A DNA stretch of 27,274 nucleotides, from the IMG/VR virus record IMGVR_UViG_3300037308_000552, positions 1 through 27,274 of that record. One strand, given 5' to 3'. A program made the translations under genes and the position numbers. The notes under the pieces were generated by a model, which worked only from the letters and a program-made list of their open reading frames with translations, ran no database searches and was not told where the DNA came from. Of this stretch, positions 17,639 through 25,460 are shown piece after piece (position 1 is the stretch's first letter; each line of letters opens with the position of its first letter). The DNA is from a virus. Lineage: Duplodnaviria > Caudoviricetes.

Positions 17639-18160
17639 TCAAATTGAATAAACCTTAAAGGGAGGTCCAGTTCCCATATCAAAAAATGCAGCAGCTTCTA
17701 ATGCTTTAATGATTCTATCATGTGGAGTCATATGCATACCTTGAGTTGTATGTAATGAACCATATGCGAATATAGAACCAGAACCAACAGTACTATATTC
17801 AGGAATTGGATTTAGCTGAAAGTCGCTCATAAACTCCCACAACTTTCCTCCCTTTGTGGCAATTAACATATTTGTTTCTTGTAGATATGTTTGAGTTTGA
17901 CTAATATTTAAACAACCAAAAATTTTATACAATTCAATAACTTTATTAGGAAAATCTAATATTTTAGCAGGTGGTTTAAAATAATGAGGATCTAGTAGTT
18001 GCCCTCCTCTAACACTACCAATAAAACCAATCAAATATTTTCCATTTTTAAATACTTTCTCATTTGCGATTGGTCTTCTCTCGCCTGTCTCTGTTGTTGC
18101 ATAACTATCACACCCCATCCAAACTTTTCCATTATCAACTAATCCAACGACACAAGACAT
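17639..18160 (-). CDS. Ntn-hydrolase, HslV/proteasome beta-subunit-like peptidase
   Basis: N-terminal (M)SCVVG....VWMGCDS, K-VF, VGSGS..AYG and ALEAA..FD..TG pattern. Confidence 0.75.
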   Translation of the reverse strand: MSCVVGLVDNGKVWMGCDSYATTETGERRPIANEKVFKNGKYLIGFIGSVRGGQLLDPHYFKPPAKILDFPNKVIELYKIFGCLNISQTQTYLQETNMLIATKGGKLWEFMSDFQLNPIPEYSTVGSGSIFAYGSLHTTQGMHMTPHDRIIKALEAAAFFDMGTGPPFKVYSI

Positions 18161-18163
18161 AAT

Positions 18164-18481
18164 TTACTCCTTAGTTTTTCTAAATAAATTTTTTAAATTA
18201 GAAAAAAGAAATTGACAAATCTCTTTAACTACCCAACCAATTGCTGCTCCAGAAACAGCTTTAATATATTCATTATACTGAATCTGAATAAAACTTGTTC
18301 TAGGAGGAATTACAGCTTTAAAATCTCCTGGTGGTTGCAACCCAAAATAGTTTTCATCTAATGATTTTCCAGTTTTTGGTTTAATTATTTTAATTTCTGG
18401 TTCAATAAAATATACAAACCCAATCGCAAATACACATATAAATGATAAAGTAATAATTAATGAAATAATTTTAGAAGTCAT
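18164..18481 (-). CDS. Hypothetical membrane protein
   Basis: 105 aa with an N-terminal TM segment and a second hydrophobic segment. Confidence 0.7.
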   Translation of the reverse strand: MTSKIISLIITLSFICVFAIGFVYFIEPEIKIIKPKTGKSLDENYFGLQPPGDFKAVIPPRTSFIQIQYNEYIKAVSGAAIGWVVKEICQFLFSNLKNLFRKTKE

Positions 18482-19272
18482 ATTCTACCCTCTTTTAATT
18501 TCATATCATCTCGCATTCTCAAACATTTTGCAAGATCAAATGAATAGTCATAAAGGTGAAGTCCTTTTGAAGAAGCAATAATTTCTCCATCTTCAACGCC
18601 AATTTCAGATGCTACATACTCTTTCATTAATTGAATACCGCCTAGATTTGCAGGAAATCCTCCCCATAAATCCCATGATCTGAAATAAGGATAGAAATGT
18701 AATTTTCCGTCTTGAATACGAGTGTCAATATGACGGAGACATGGTGGGTCTTGAAGTAACATATCTGTTGGTTGCCCAACTTGAAGAATCATTTGATTGT
18801 TTCTATGGCCCTTATTTTTATAAGTCCAAATTAATAATTCCATTTGGTTCAAAATTTCACCATTATTATAAATTTTTTCCCAAACTTCTTTATCTTGAGT
18901 CAAAATATCTTTATTTTCTTCACTATCATAAGCTGCTTTCCAAATATCCCAAGTTAACACATTAGTCATTCTCTGTCCATATGTATATGATTCTCCTGGT
19001 TTTAATTCTCCAGTCATTAAATAAGAAACATATCCATCAAGATAATCATCAGCAACAGGATTTGGAATATTATAGTGGGATTCAATCTGCGGAAGTAGAG
19101 GTCTTGTTCCAGGGTTTTTAATATTAATAGTAATCCAATCAAACTCCAACCTTTTTTGTCCGGCATAAGAACCTCTATCAATTTTAAATACTGTACCAGC
19201 TTCTAAAATACGATACAAGGTTTGAAACCATGCATCTCCTAAATCTCTTGCACTAATGAATTGAAGATTCAT
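18478..19272 (-). CDS. thyA: Thymidylate synthase-family protein (divergent ThyA type)
   Basis: YTYGQR, DPPCL (catalytic Cys), FRSWD, PAN and LHLY motifs. Start moved to ATG 19272, behind AGGAGG. Confidence 0.85.
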   Translation of the reverse strand: MNLQFISARDLGDAWFQTLYRILEAGTVFKIDRGSYAGQKRLEFDWITINIKNPGTRPLLPQIESHYNIPNPVADDYLDGYVSYLMTGELKPGESYTYGQRMTNVLTWDIWKAAYDSEENKDILTQDKEVWEKIYNNGEILNQMELLIWTYKNKGHRNNQMILQVGQPTDMLLQDPPCLRHIDTRIQDGKLHFYPYFRSWDLWGGFPANLGGIQLMKEYVASEIGVEDGEIIASSKGLHLYDYSFDLAKCLRMRDDMKLKEGRI

Positions 19273-19442
19273 TATTGACCTCCTGGCCATTTCACAGCGT
19301 CTGCTCTTCCTCTATATACTTCCCATGCATCTTTCAAACGACTAAACCAAGTTCTATAAATAGGACGAGATGGGTACCAAACACCATTTATTTGTGTTGA
19401 ATTTTCTTTTGAAAAACGAACCAAATCTTCTAGTAACCACAT
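19272..19442 (-). CDS. Small hypothetical protein (56 aa), absent from the ORF track
   Basis: MWLLEDLVRFSKENSTQINGVWYPSRPIYRTWFSRLKDAWEVYRGRADAVKWPGGQ*. AAGGTG RBS, TAATG-coupled to the TS gene, fills the gap exactly. Confidence 0.75.
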   Translation of the reverse strand: MWLLEDLVRFSKENSTQINGVWYPSRPIYRTWFSRLKDAWEVYRGRADAVKWPGGQ

Positions 19443-19450
19443 ATTTCACC

Positions 19451-19750
19451 TTAGCCTATTGTAACTCCTTCAAGTCTTCCAATAAGATCTTCTTCTTGAA
19501 GGACTCCCCAAACTTCTCCATATTTCAAAACCTTCATGATTTTATTACTCATTACCATATCCATTCCAGCTTTTGCATGGAATACTAAAATATACCCCAT
19601 TTTAATACCATGACCAACATTTTCTCCAACAGACATAACTTTTCCATATGATTGTGGTTCTACTGTAGTAGTTGGAATAACCAATCCACCTTTTGTAGTT
19701 CCTGGCTTCATAACTTCAACTACAATTTTATCATCAACTGCTTTAATCAT
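19451..19750 (-). CDS. groES: Co-chaperonin GroES
   Basis: IKAVDDKIVV...TTKGGLVIP...GKVMSVGE...IKMGYILVF...VWGVL. Confidence 0.88.
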   Translation of the reverse strand: MIKAVDDKIVVEVMKPGTTKGGLVIPTTTVEPQSYGKVMSVGENVGHGIKMGYILVFHAKAGMDMVMSNKIMKVLKYGEVWGVLQEEDLIGRLEGVTIG

Positions 19751-20048
19751 CTTTCCAATCTCCCTTCGGATCTTTTAGATTTCTTTTAAGTTTAAACCTA
19801 CGTTGTTGTTCCTGTTCTTTTTCTTGCTCTTTTTCTCTAGCTCTTAAAGATTGAGCTTTTTTTCTTCTTTTCTTATCACTTGGTTTTTCATAATAAGTTT
19901 TTTCTCTTAAGTCTTTAATGACGCCACTCTTAGAAAATTTTTTTCTAAATCTTTTCATTAAATCTTCATAACTTTCGCCTTCACGTTTAACTACACAAAT
20001 ACCTGCATTTTCATCAGGATGATAATACTTATGATAACTTGCCATCAC
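19743..20048 (-). CDS. rpsU: Phage-encoded ribosomal protein bS21
   Basis: VVKREGESYEDLMKRFRKK..KSGVIKDLREKTYYEKPSDKKRRKK matches the bS21 signature. Confidence 0.9.
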   Translation of the reverse strand: MMASYHKYYHPDENAGICVVKREGESYEDLMKRFRKKFSKSGVIKDLREKTYYEKPSDKKRRKKAQSLRAREKEQEKEQEQQRRFKLKRNLKDPKGDWKDD

Positions 20049-20069
20049 AAACAGTCACCGCCTTTCAAA

Positions 20070-20756
20070 TTATACGAAACCATATATAATATGATTTCTA
20101 GATGAGAAATTAAAATTATATTTTTCACAAATATCAAATACTTTGCTTGAGTTCATAATAAGATTTGTACCAGTTGTTCCTTCTGGCATTACCCAAACCT
20201 TTTCTGAATTTAAAAATGGACTAGAAGAATTAGTCATAAATAATTTATCTAATTGCTCCATGTAATCTTCCATTAATTTACTACCGTCATAAACTAATTT
20301 AATAGAAACTGTTCTATCATATGCAAACATAGTAGCTAATTCAACTGCCTTATCATAATCTTCATCATTAAAAATCTTTGGTGAATAAATATAACGAACT
20401 GGTTTCTTTGGATTAACCTGCCCCATTAACTGAGATAATTTATACCCATTACTTTCAACATTTGCAATCGGATATGTTAGTTCATTCAATAACGCAAGAC
20501 ACTCATCGAAATGTCTGTCAACTGTGGGTTCTCCACCAGTGACCATAATACCAGCTTGATTTTCATAAATTTGTTGTTGAATATCTTCTAGACGGTAGGG
20601 TGCCTCTGCTGAAATTCTCATTTTAACAGATGTATCACACCAAGGACACTTTTTGTTGCAGGTTTTAAACCTTAAGATAATCATCCTACGACCAGAATCT
20701 GGTCCTTCCCCTTGCCAACTCACAAAATTTTCTATAAGTTTAACACTATCCATCAA
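20070..20756 (-). CDS. queE: 7-carboxy-7-deazaguanine synthase-like radical SAM enzyme
   Basis: F.SWQGEG, CNKKCPWCDT (CxxxCxxC), TGGEP, VESNG, SPK and VMPEG. Confidence 0.85.
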   Translation of the reverse strand: MMDSVKLIENFVSWQGEGPDSGRRMIILRFKTCNKKCPWCDTSVKMRISAEAPYRLEDIQQQIYENQAGIMVTGGEPTVDRHFDECLALLNELTYPIANVESNGYKLSQLMGQVNPKKPVRYIYSPKIFNDEDYDKAVELATMFAYDRTVSIKLVYDGSKLMEDYMEQLDKLFMTNSSSPFLNSEKVWVMPEGTTGTNLIMNSSKVFDICEKYNFNFSSRNHIIYGFV

Positions 20757-20782
20757 TACACGCTTACTCCTTTCACTATTAT

Positions 20783-20792
20783 TTTGTTCTAA
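20783..20792 (-). promoter_or_regulatory. TTRGAACAAA promoter-like motif upstream of queE
   Basis: TTAGAACAAA on the minus strand, in a 38-nt gap. Confidence 0.6.
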
Positions 20793-20794
20793 AT

Positions 20795-23700
20795 TTAAAA
20801 TGTCAAAACCTGAGTTCTTTTCCTTTCGACATCTAATAACAATGGTTTTAATAATAATTCGTATCTATCTGTAAATGCAAACTTCAATGCTGAATCCATA
20901 TTTACAATAAAATAATCTGGTAGTTTTGGTTCTTCATCTGGAATTGCAATAACCTCTAACTTATTTCCTGCTTTTATAAATTTCTGATATTTGTCAATTA
21001 CTTCTTTTGGTGCCTTATCAAAATCAATGCCTGTAACCCAATACATATATGCTTTAGCACCAGTTTTATGAATATCATACATTATAGCATTCCACGCTTC
21101 CATTGCTTTAACAGGTTGAGGTATTGTCTTATAATCTACAAATTTCTTTCCGTATGAAACTGGTCTTGCCACTCCCTTATCACCTTCCTTTATCAATCTT
21201 CTAAATTCTTTCTCTTTCAAACTAACAAATTCTAATAATTTCTTTAACGAAACTTTTTCTGATTTTAATAACATTTGAGATAGTTCAGTCAAAAATTCTT
21301 TTGAATGACTTGGGTAATCTGATCTCTTAATTTCAACACCCATGTAATTGATTTTATCTACTTTCTTTCCTTCTTGTGCAACTACTCTAATTGCATAGCG
21401 TTTCTTTGCTAAGAATAATCCTCTTGAAATAACCAGCTCATTCTTCAATTTCAATCTATTAAAATCCATATCTCCATTATGTTTTTTAACTAAATTCATA
21501 ATCTTATCTTTATTTAAAAAGTTTTCTATTTCCGAGCACCACTTTTGAATATTCTCAACTGTAACATCTGGTCTTTTCATTGAACCAAAACAAACGAAGA
21601 TTGAATCTGTATCACCTGTTACTATATAATCATGACTTCTATCTGGAAGTTTATATAATTCTTTTTGAGAATCAGGATCAGCAAACATCTCTTCTTTACT
21701 TAATGGTTTAGGAGACACATAATCTTCTCCTGTATCTAAACTTCTCATAAATGCATCGCCTTCAATAATTGATGTTTTCAATGCTTCTTGGCCAGCTAGT
21801 GTAATTGCTCCTGCTAATGATGTATCAAAGAATCTAAATGCTTTGTTTGCAACAACTCCATATAGAGTATTAGCTAAAACCTTATAAACCAACTGTCTAG
21901 TGTAATAAAAGTTTTCTAAATCTTTATCTTTTGCTTCAATAGCTTTAAACATTTTAGTTTTATACTCGCCTCTAGATTTCATTAACATGTCAACTACTTC
22001 ACCAAAAACAGAGAACTCTTTTTTATGAGGCATGAAAAAACAACCATTAATAGTATGAACTAAATTACAATCTTCAATCTTTTTGAATAGTTGTTCTTTT
22101 GTAATATCAACTTTTTTCTTTTCAAGTAATGGATCTAAAATTACTGAAATCTTTTCTGGTAACTTATCAGGACAATATGTGAGTTCATACCCCAAATGTG
22201 GGTCATCTAATTTCATTACATAACTATTAATCCCAATATTATATGTAATCATCAAACTTGGGTACAATGATGCAAAGTCAAAATCTGTAATCCACTCATA
22301 AACACTTGGAATTGGTTCAAATACATATGCTCCAGGATATTCTTCTTTAATAATATGTGGGTCACTACTTTTAGATGCAAACCCTTTATTTTTCAAATAT
22401 GAAACCATCAATGAATCAATTTGCCCGAATGATGATGTTCCTTCAAAACTTGTATTACAAATAATTCTCAATTCATTTAATAGATTTAAATGCGCCAGTT
22501 TATTTTCAAGTTTTTCTAACAACTCACAATCTCTAATATTATATTCAATAGTTTTATTTAACATTTTCCAATACATTTCATTGAATGGTAAATCCAGCTG
22601 AACTTTTGTGACTCCTAATTCATGTTGACTGATAAACCCTAATTTATAGTTTTCCATCTTTGTAAATGTAAATGACCTATATAAAAATTCTTGGTCAAGA
22701 ACAACTGTTCCCGGAATATGACAAATATACTTTGGTCCATCAACATAAAGCTCTCCAAAGTTTGAAAATGAACTATGTGGAATACCAATGTTAGTTAACC
22801 TATTGTAAATATAATCCATATCGAAGTTAATTAAGTTCCAACCACAAATGAAATCTGGATCATTTGATTTAAAATCTTTAATAAAATCATGTATCAATCT
22901 GCTTTCACTATTGAATATCTTAAATTCAACTCCTTCAAGTTGTTTAATTGGTTCGGTTTTATTATCAATTACATAAAGTGTTTTCTTGCCATTGTAAATT
23001 GTGCTGATCATGTTGATTGGAAATCTAGCTTCCTTTTGATTTGGAAACACTCTTTCTTTACCAGTATCAACCTCAATATCACAGAATAGAATATTACTTT
23101 TTACTTTTTTACACTCTCCCTGATTAAAATAATAATAATCCATAGAGTGTTTACTTGTTATCTTAACATCACTTTCGTATGCAGTTTCATGAGGAATTTG
23201 CCCTCTATCTCTATTTTTAACAACCACTTGTTCTAATTGATCAAATGGCATCATTTTCTTTACAGCTACACCTTCTGGAATTCTATAATAAACAAAATTA
23301 TCATTTTCAGTGTGATAAATTTTATTATTATTATCATCTCTAAAAATATAAAGAACTTGACTTGTTTTATTTAGAAATTGTACATCAACCAATCTATATT
23401 TATCTGTGTAATATTTCTCTGGAATTTTATATCTAAAGATTCCTTTTCCTGTTGATCTAATTTCATGTTTTTCAACTTCAATTTTTTTGCCGCTCATCAA
23501 CTCTGAAATTTTTGCCATTGCTTCTTCAAATCTTGGTTCCCAAACTGTTGAAGATCTATTGACAAATGATGGATGAACAATGACCATTAATTTAAAACCT
23601 TCCCACTCTGTTATCTTGCCATGAATATTTGTAATTCCTGTTTTTGCAATACCAAATGCAGACATCGGACTTGCACCCATTAAGACAATCAACTTTGGAT

Positions 23701-24049
23701 TACAAGTTCTTATTAATTCCATACAATTAATTTTACATAATTCAATTGTTTCATCTGTTGGATTTCCTGTGGTTCCATCTTGATTCAATGTCTGGCAAAG
23801 AACAACATTAGTTAAAAGATAATTCATTTTATTTAATCCAAATTTTTCAAAATACTTACGAAACATATTACCAGCTTTTCCAATTAGCGGAACTTCTTTT
23901 TTAACTTCTTCTTTGCCAGGATTTTCTGCTACAAATATTACATCTACTTTACTAAGATCATCTTTGCAATTGGTTTCTAGAATACACGAAGGACACTCTA
24001 AAAGATCACAGCGAGAACAATCTGCAAATGAACTTTTTATTGAAATCAT
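20795..24049 (-). CDS. Family B DNA polymerase with N-terminal family-4 uracil-DNA glycosylase-like domain
   Basis: UDG4 motifs: CSRC, AENPG..E, TNVVLC, HPS. Exonuclease motifs: DIE, N...FD, YNIRD. Polymerase motifs: DFASLYPS, K...N..YG, GDTDS, KKRY. Confidence 0.93.
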   Translation of the reverse strand: MISIKSSFADCSRCDLLECPSCILETNCKDDLSKVDVIFVAENPGKEEVKKEVPLIGKAGNMFRKYFEKFGLNKMNYLLTNVVLCQTLNQDGTTGNPTDETIELCKINCMELIRTCNPKLIVLMGASPMSAFGIAKTGITNIHGKITEWEGFKLMVIVHPSFVNRSSTVWEPRFEEAMAKISELMSGKKIEVEKHEIRSTGKGIFRYKIPEKYYTDKYRLVDVQFLNKTSQVLYIFRDDNNNKIYHTENDNFVYYRIPEGVAVKKMMPFDQLEQVVVKNRDRGQIPHETAYESDVKITSKHSMDYYYFNQGECKKVKSNILFCDIEVDTGKERVFPNQKEARFPINMISTIYNGKKTLYVIDNKTEPIKQLEGVEFKIFNSESRLIHDFIKDFKSNDPDFICGWNLINFDMDYIYNRLTNIGIPHSSFSNFGELYVDGPKYICHIPGTVVLDQEFLYRSFTFTKMENYKLGFISQHELGVTKVQLDLPFNEMYWKMLNKTIEYNIRDCELLEKLENKLAHLNLLNELRIICNTSFEGTSSFGQIDSLMVSYLKNKGFASKSSDPHIIKEEYPGAYVFEPIPSVYEWITDFDFASLYPSLMITYNIGINSYVMKLDDPHLGYELTYCPDKLPEKISVILDPLLEKKKVDITKEQLFKKIEDCNLVHTINGCFFMPHKKEFSVFGEVVDMLMKSRGEYKTKMFKAIEAKDKDLENFYYTRQLVYKVLANTLYGVVANKAFRFFDTSLAGAITLAGQEALKTSIIEGDAFMRSLDTGEDYVSPKPLSKEEMFADPDSQKELYKLPDRSHDYIVTGDTDSIFVCFGSMKRPDVTVENIQKWCSEIENFLNKDKIMNLVKKHNGDMDFNRLKLKNELVISRGLFLAKKRYAIRVVAQEGKKVDKINYMGVEIKRSDYPSHSKEFLTELSQMLLKSEKVSLKKLLEFVSLKEKEFRRLIKEGDKGVARPVSYGKKFVDYKTIPQPVKAMEAWNAIMYDIHKTGAKAYMYWVTGIDFDKAPKEVIDKYQKFIKAGNKLEVIAIPDEEPKLPDYFIVNMDSALKFAFTDRYELLLKPLLLDVERKRTQVLTF

Positions 24050-24099
24050 TCACCCTCCAAAATTTCATTTTATTATTTTGTTACCATTTTAAAAATGAT

Positions 24100-24123
24100 A
24101 TTCTATATATATTAATTATTGAA
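24100..24123 (+). promoter_or_regulatory. Conserved AT-rich promoter-like motif (putative early promoter), copy 2
   Basis: ATTCTATATATATTAATTATTGAA, 23/24 identical to 154-177. Confidence 0.65.
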
Positions 24124-24174
24124 AAGCAGTTCAATTCCAAATTTTTTAAACCACTTACTATGAGGAGGACAGTT

Positions 24175-24888
24175 ATGCCGAAGTTGGAAGATGTAGTAGA
24201 GATCAAACCTTTCGATTGTCTTGAGGCGTTGGGTCTCACCGGAAACTCGGTAACCGGGGAAATGATTATCGAGAATTTTTTCCGGTTGTTCAACGATCCG
24301 GACTGCCAGACGCCCAAACGCGATCTGTTCAAGGCCAGAGACATCCTGCTGAAGTCGGAAGTCGAACGCCAGATGGGTGCGTCTGAGAAACGCTTTTTCC
24401 GCATCCGCGCCAAGATCAAGAACATCTGCTTTTCCTGCTCGGGAACTGGCAAGAAGTTCTTGTTCGAGAAGGAGCGGGTGGTTGAGCCGTGCCACACCTG
24501 CAACGCCAGCAGCAAAGTCATCATCGCGTGCAAGGCCTGCCGCGGTGATGGACGCCATCATCATGACCTGTCCGAGGGTGCCGAACTGGAACCCAATGCC
24601 GAAGTCACGACCGATGTGGCCTGCAAGGTCTGCGGAGACACTGGCAAGGTCATGATGATTTGCGAAACCTGCGGCGGAAGCAAGAAGGTCGAGAAGATGA
24701 TGTTCAAACCCATCGTCAAATCGGCCGATCGCTGCAAAGCCTGTGGTGGGTACGGATGGAACGACCCCAGCCGCCCCAAGCCCAAGCAGAACTTCAAGTA
24801 CAAGAAGTTCAGTAATCCTGTTCTCTCTCCTGAGAACATCGCCGAACAGATCAAGGGCAAGCCCAGCAAGAAGGCCAAACGCAAGTAG
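24175..24888 (+). CDS. DnaJ-like zinc-finger protein (high GC) with possible degenerate J-domain
   Basis: Start at ATG 24175 behind GAGGAGG (237 aa). Six CxxC motifs, most of CxxCxGxG type; basic tail. Confidence 0.8.
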   Translation: MPKLEDVVEIKPFDCLEALGLTGNSVTGEMIIENFFRLFNDPDCQTPKRDLFKARDILLKSEVERQMGASEKRFFRIRAKIKNICFSCSGTGKKFLFEKERVVEPCHTCNASSKVIIACKACRGDGRHHHDLSEGAELEPNAEVTTDVACKVCGDTGKVMMICETCGGSKKVEKMMFKPIVKSADRCKACGGYGWNDPSRPKPKQNFKYKKFSNPVLSPENIAEQIKGKPSKKAKRK

Positions 24889-24902
24889 TCGGACAACCTG
24901 AA

Positions 24903-24943
24903 AGAAGCACTTCTTCATATTTTTACTATGGAGAAGTGCTTCT
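24903..24943. terminator. 17-bp hairpin at a convergent gene junction
   Basis: AGAAGCACTTCTTCATA / TATGGAGAAGTGCTTCT (one G-T pair), 7-nt loop. The U-tract is weak. Confidence 0.6.
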
Positions 24944-25460
24944 CAAGGTAATCTTTAATAGAAATTTTTGTTGTTGTTTTTTTGGTTTCTTTTTTAATTT
25001 TTAATTTTTCTTTTTTTGGCACTGATAACCCCAATGTACTATAGACTTGCTCTTTTTCATCAGATTTTTCAATCATATCACAAAGTAAAAATAAATCTCC
25101 ATCTTTCAAATATGGGACTCTTTCTCTTAATACTTCAAATAATTTTTGTCTTTCTTTTCTAGGATAAAAAACCGTATCATTTTTTCTTATTCTAAAATCA
25201 CAAACACATTTCTTAATAAATTTGAATAGATCTGCTCTTTCTAAATATCTCAAATTAATATCATTAAAATATTCATCAAGATATCTAGTCAACGGAGCAT
25301 GACGAAGAAAAATAGAAACAACATAAGTATGAGTGATAGGAGAGTTGTATTTAAGGATATCTGGAACAATTACTTTTCCGCTATCATCAGTTCTTGGTTT
25401 AGGGATTTCTGAATTAACATTTCCATCAAATAACCAGTTGAAGAATGTTTTATATGGCAT
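24915..25460 (-). CDS. Hypothetical protein
   Basis: 181 aa, TAATG-coupled to the glycosyltransferase gene. Confidence 0.8.
   Translation of the reverse strand: MPYKTFFNWLFDGNVNSEIPKPRTDDSGKVIVPDILKYNSPITHTYVVSIFLRHAPLTRYLDEYFNDINLRYLERADLFKFIKKCVCDFRIRKNDTVFYPRKERQKLFEVLRERVPYLKDGDLFLLCDMIEKSDEKEQVYSTLGLSVPKKEKLKIKKETKKTTTKISIKDYLEKHFSIVKI

Noticed and set aside
18478-19272. dCMP hydroxymethylase (T4-type glucosyl-hmC pathway)
   Set aside because: The specificity residue is Asn, not Asp.
20795-24049. Intein or intron explaining the large polymerase
   Set aside because: No intein terminal motifs or LAGLIDADG blocks. The extra length is explained by the N-terminal UDG domain.
24028-24174. 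N-terminal extension of the DnaJ-like ORF in the track
   Set aside because: It covers the AT-rich promoter region. The RBS and the GC shift place the start at 24175.
24081-24918. Overlapping ORFs 24081-24533, 24112-24918, 24377-24655 and 24561-24896
   Set aside because: Shadow frames caused by high GC. Only the CxxC-rich plus frame has an RBS and recognisable motifs.
24915-25460. Clamp-loader small subunit (gp62-like)
   Set aside because: Size and position fit, but I cannot see a convincing motif, so it is left hypothetical.
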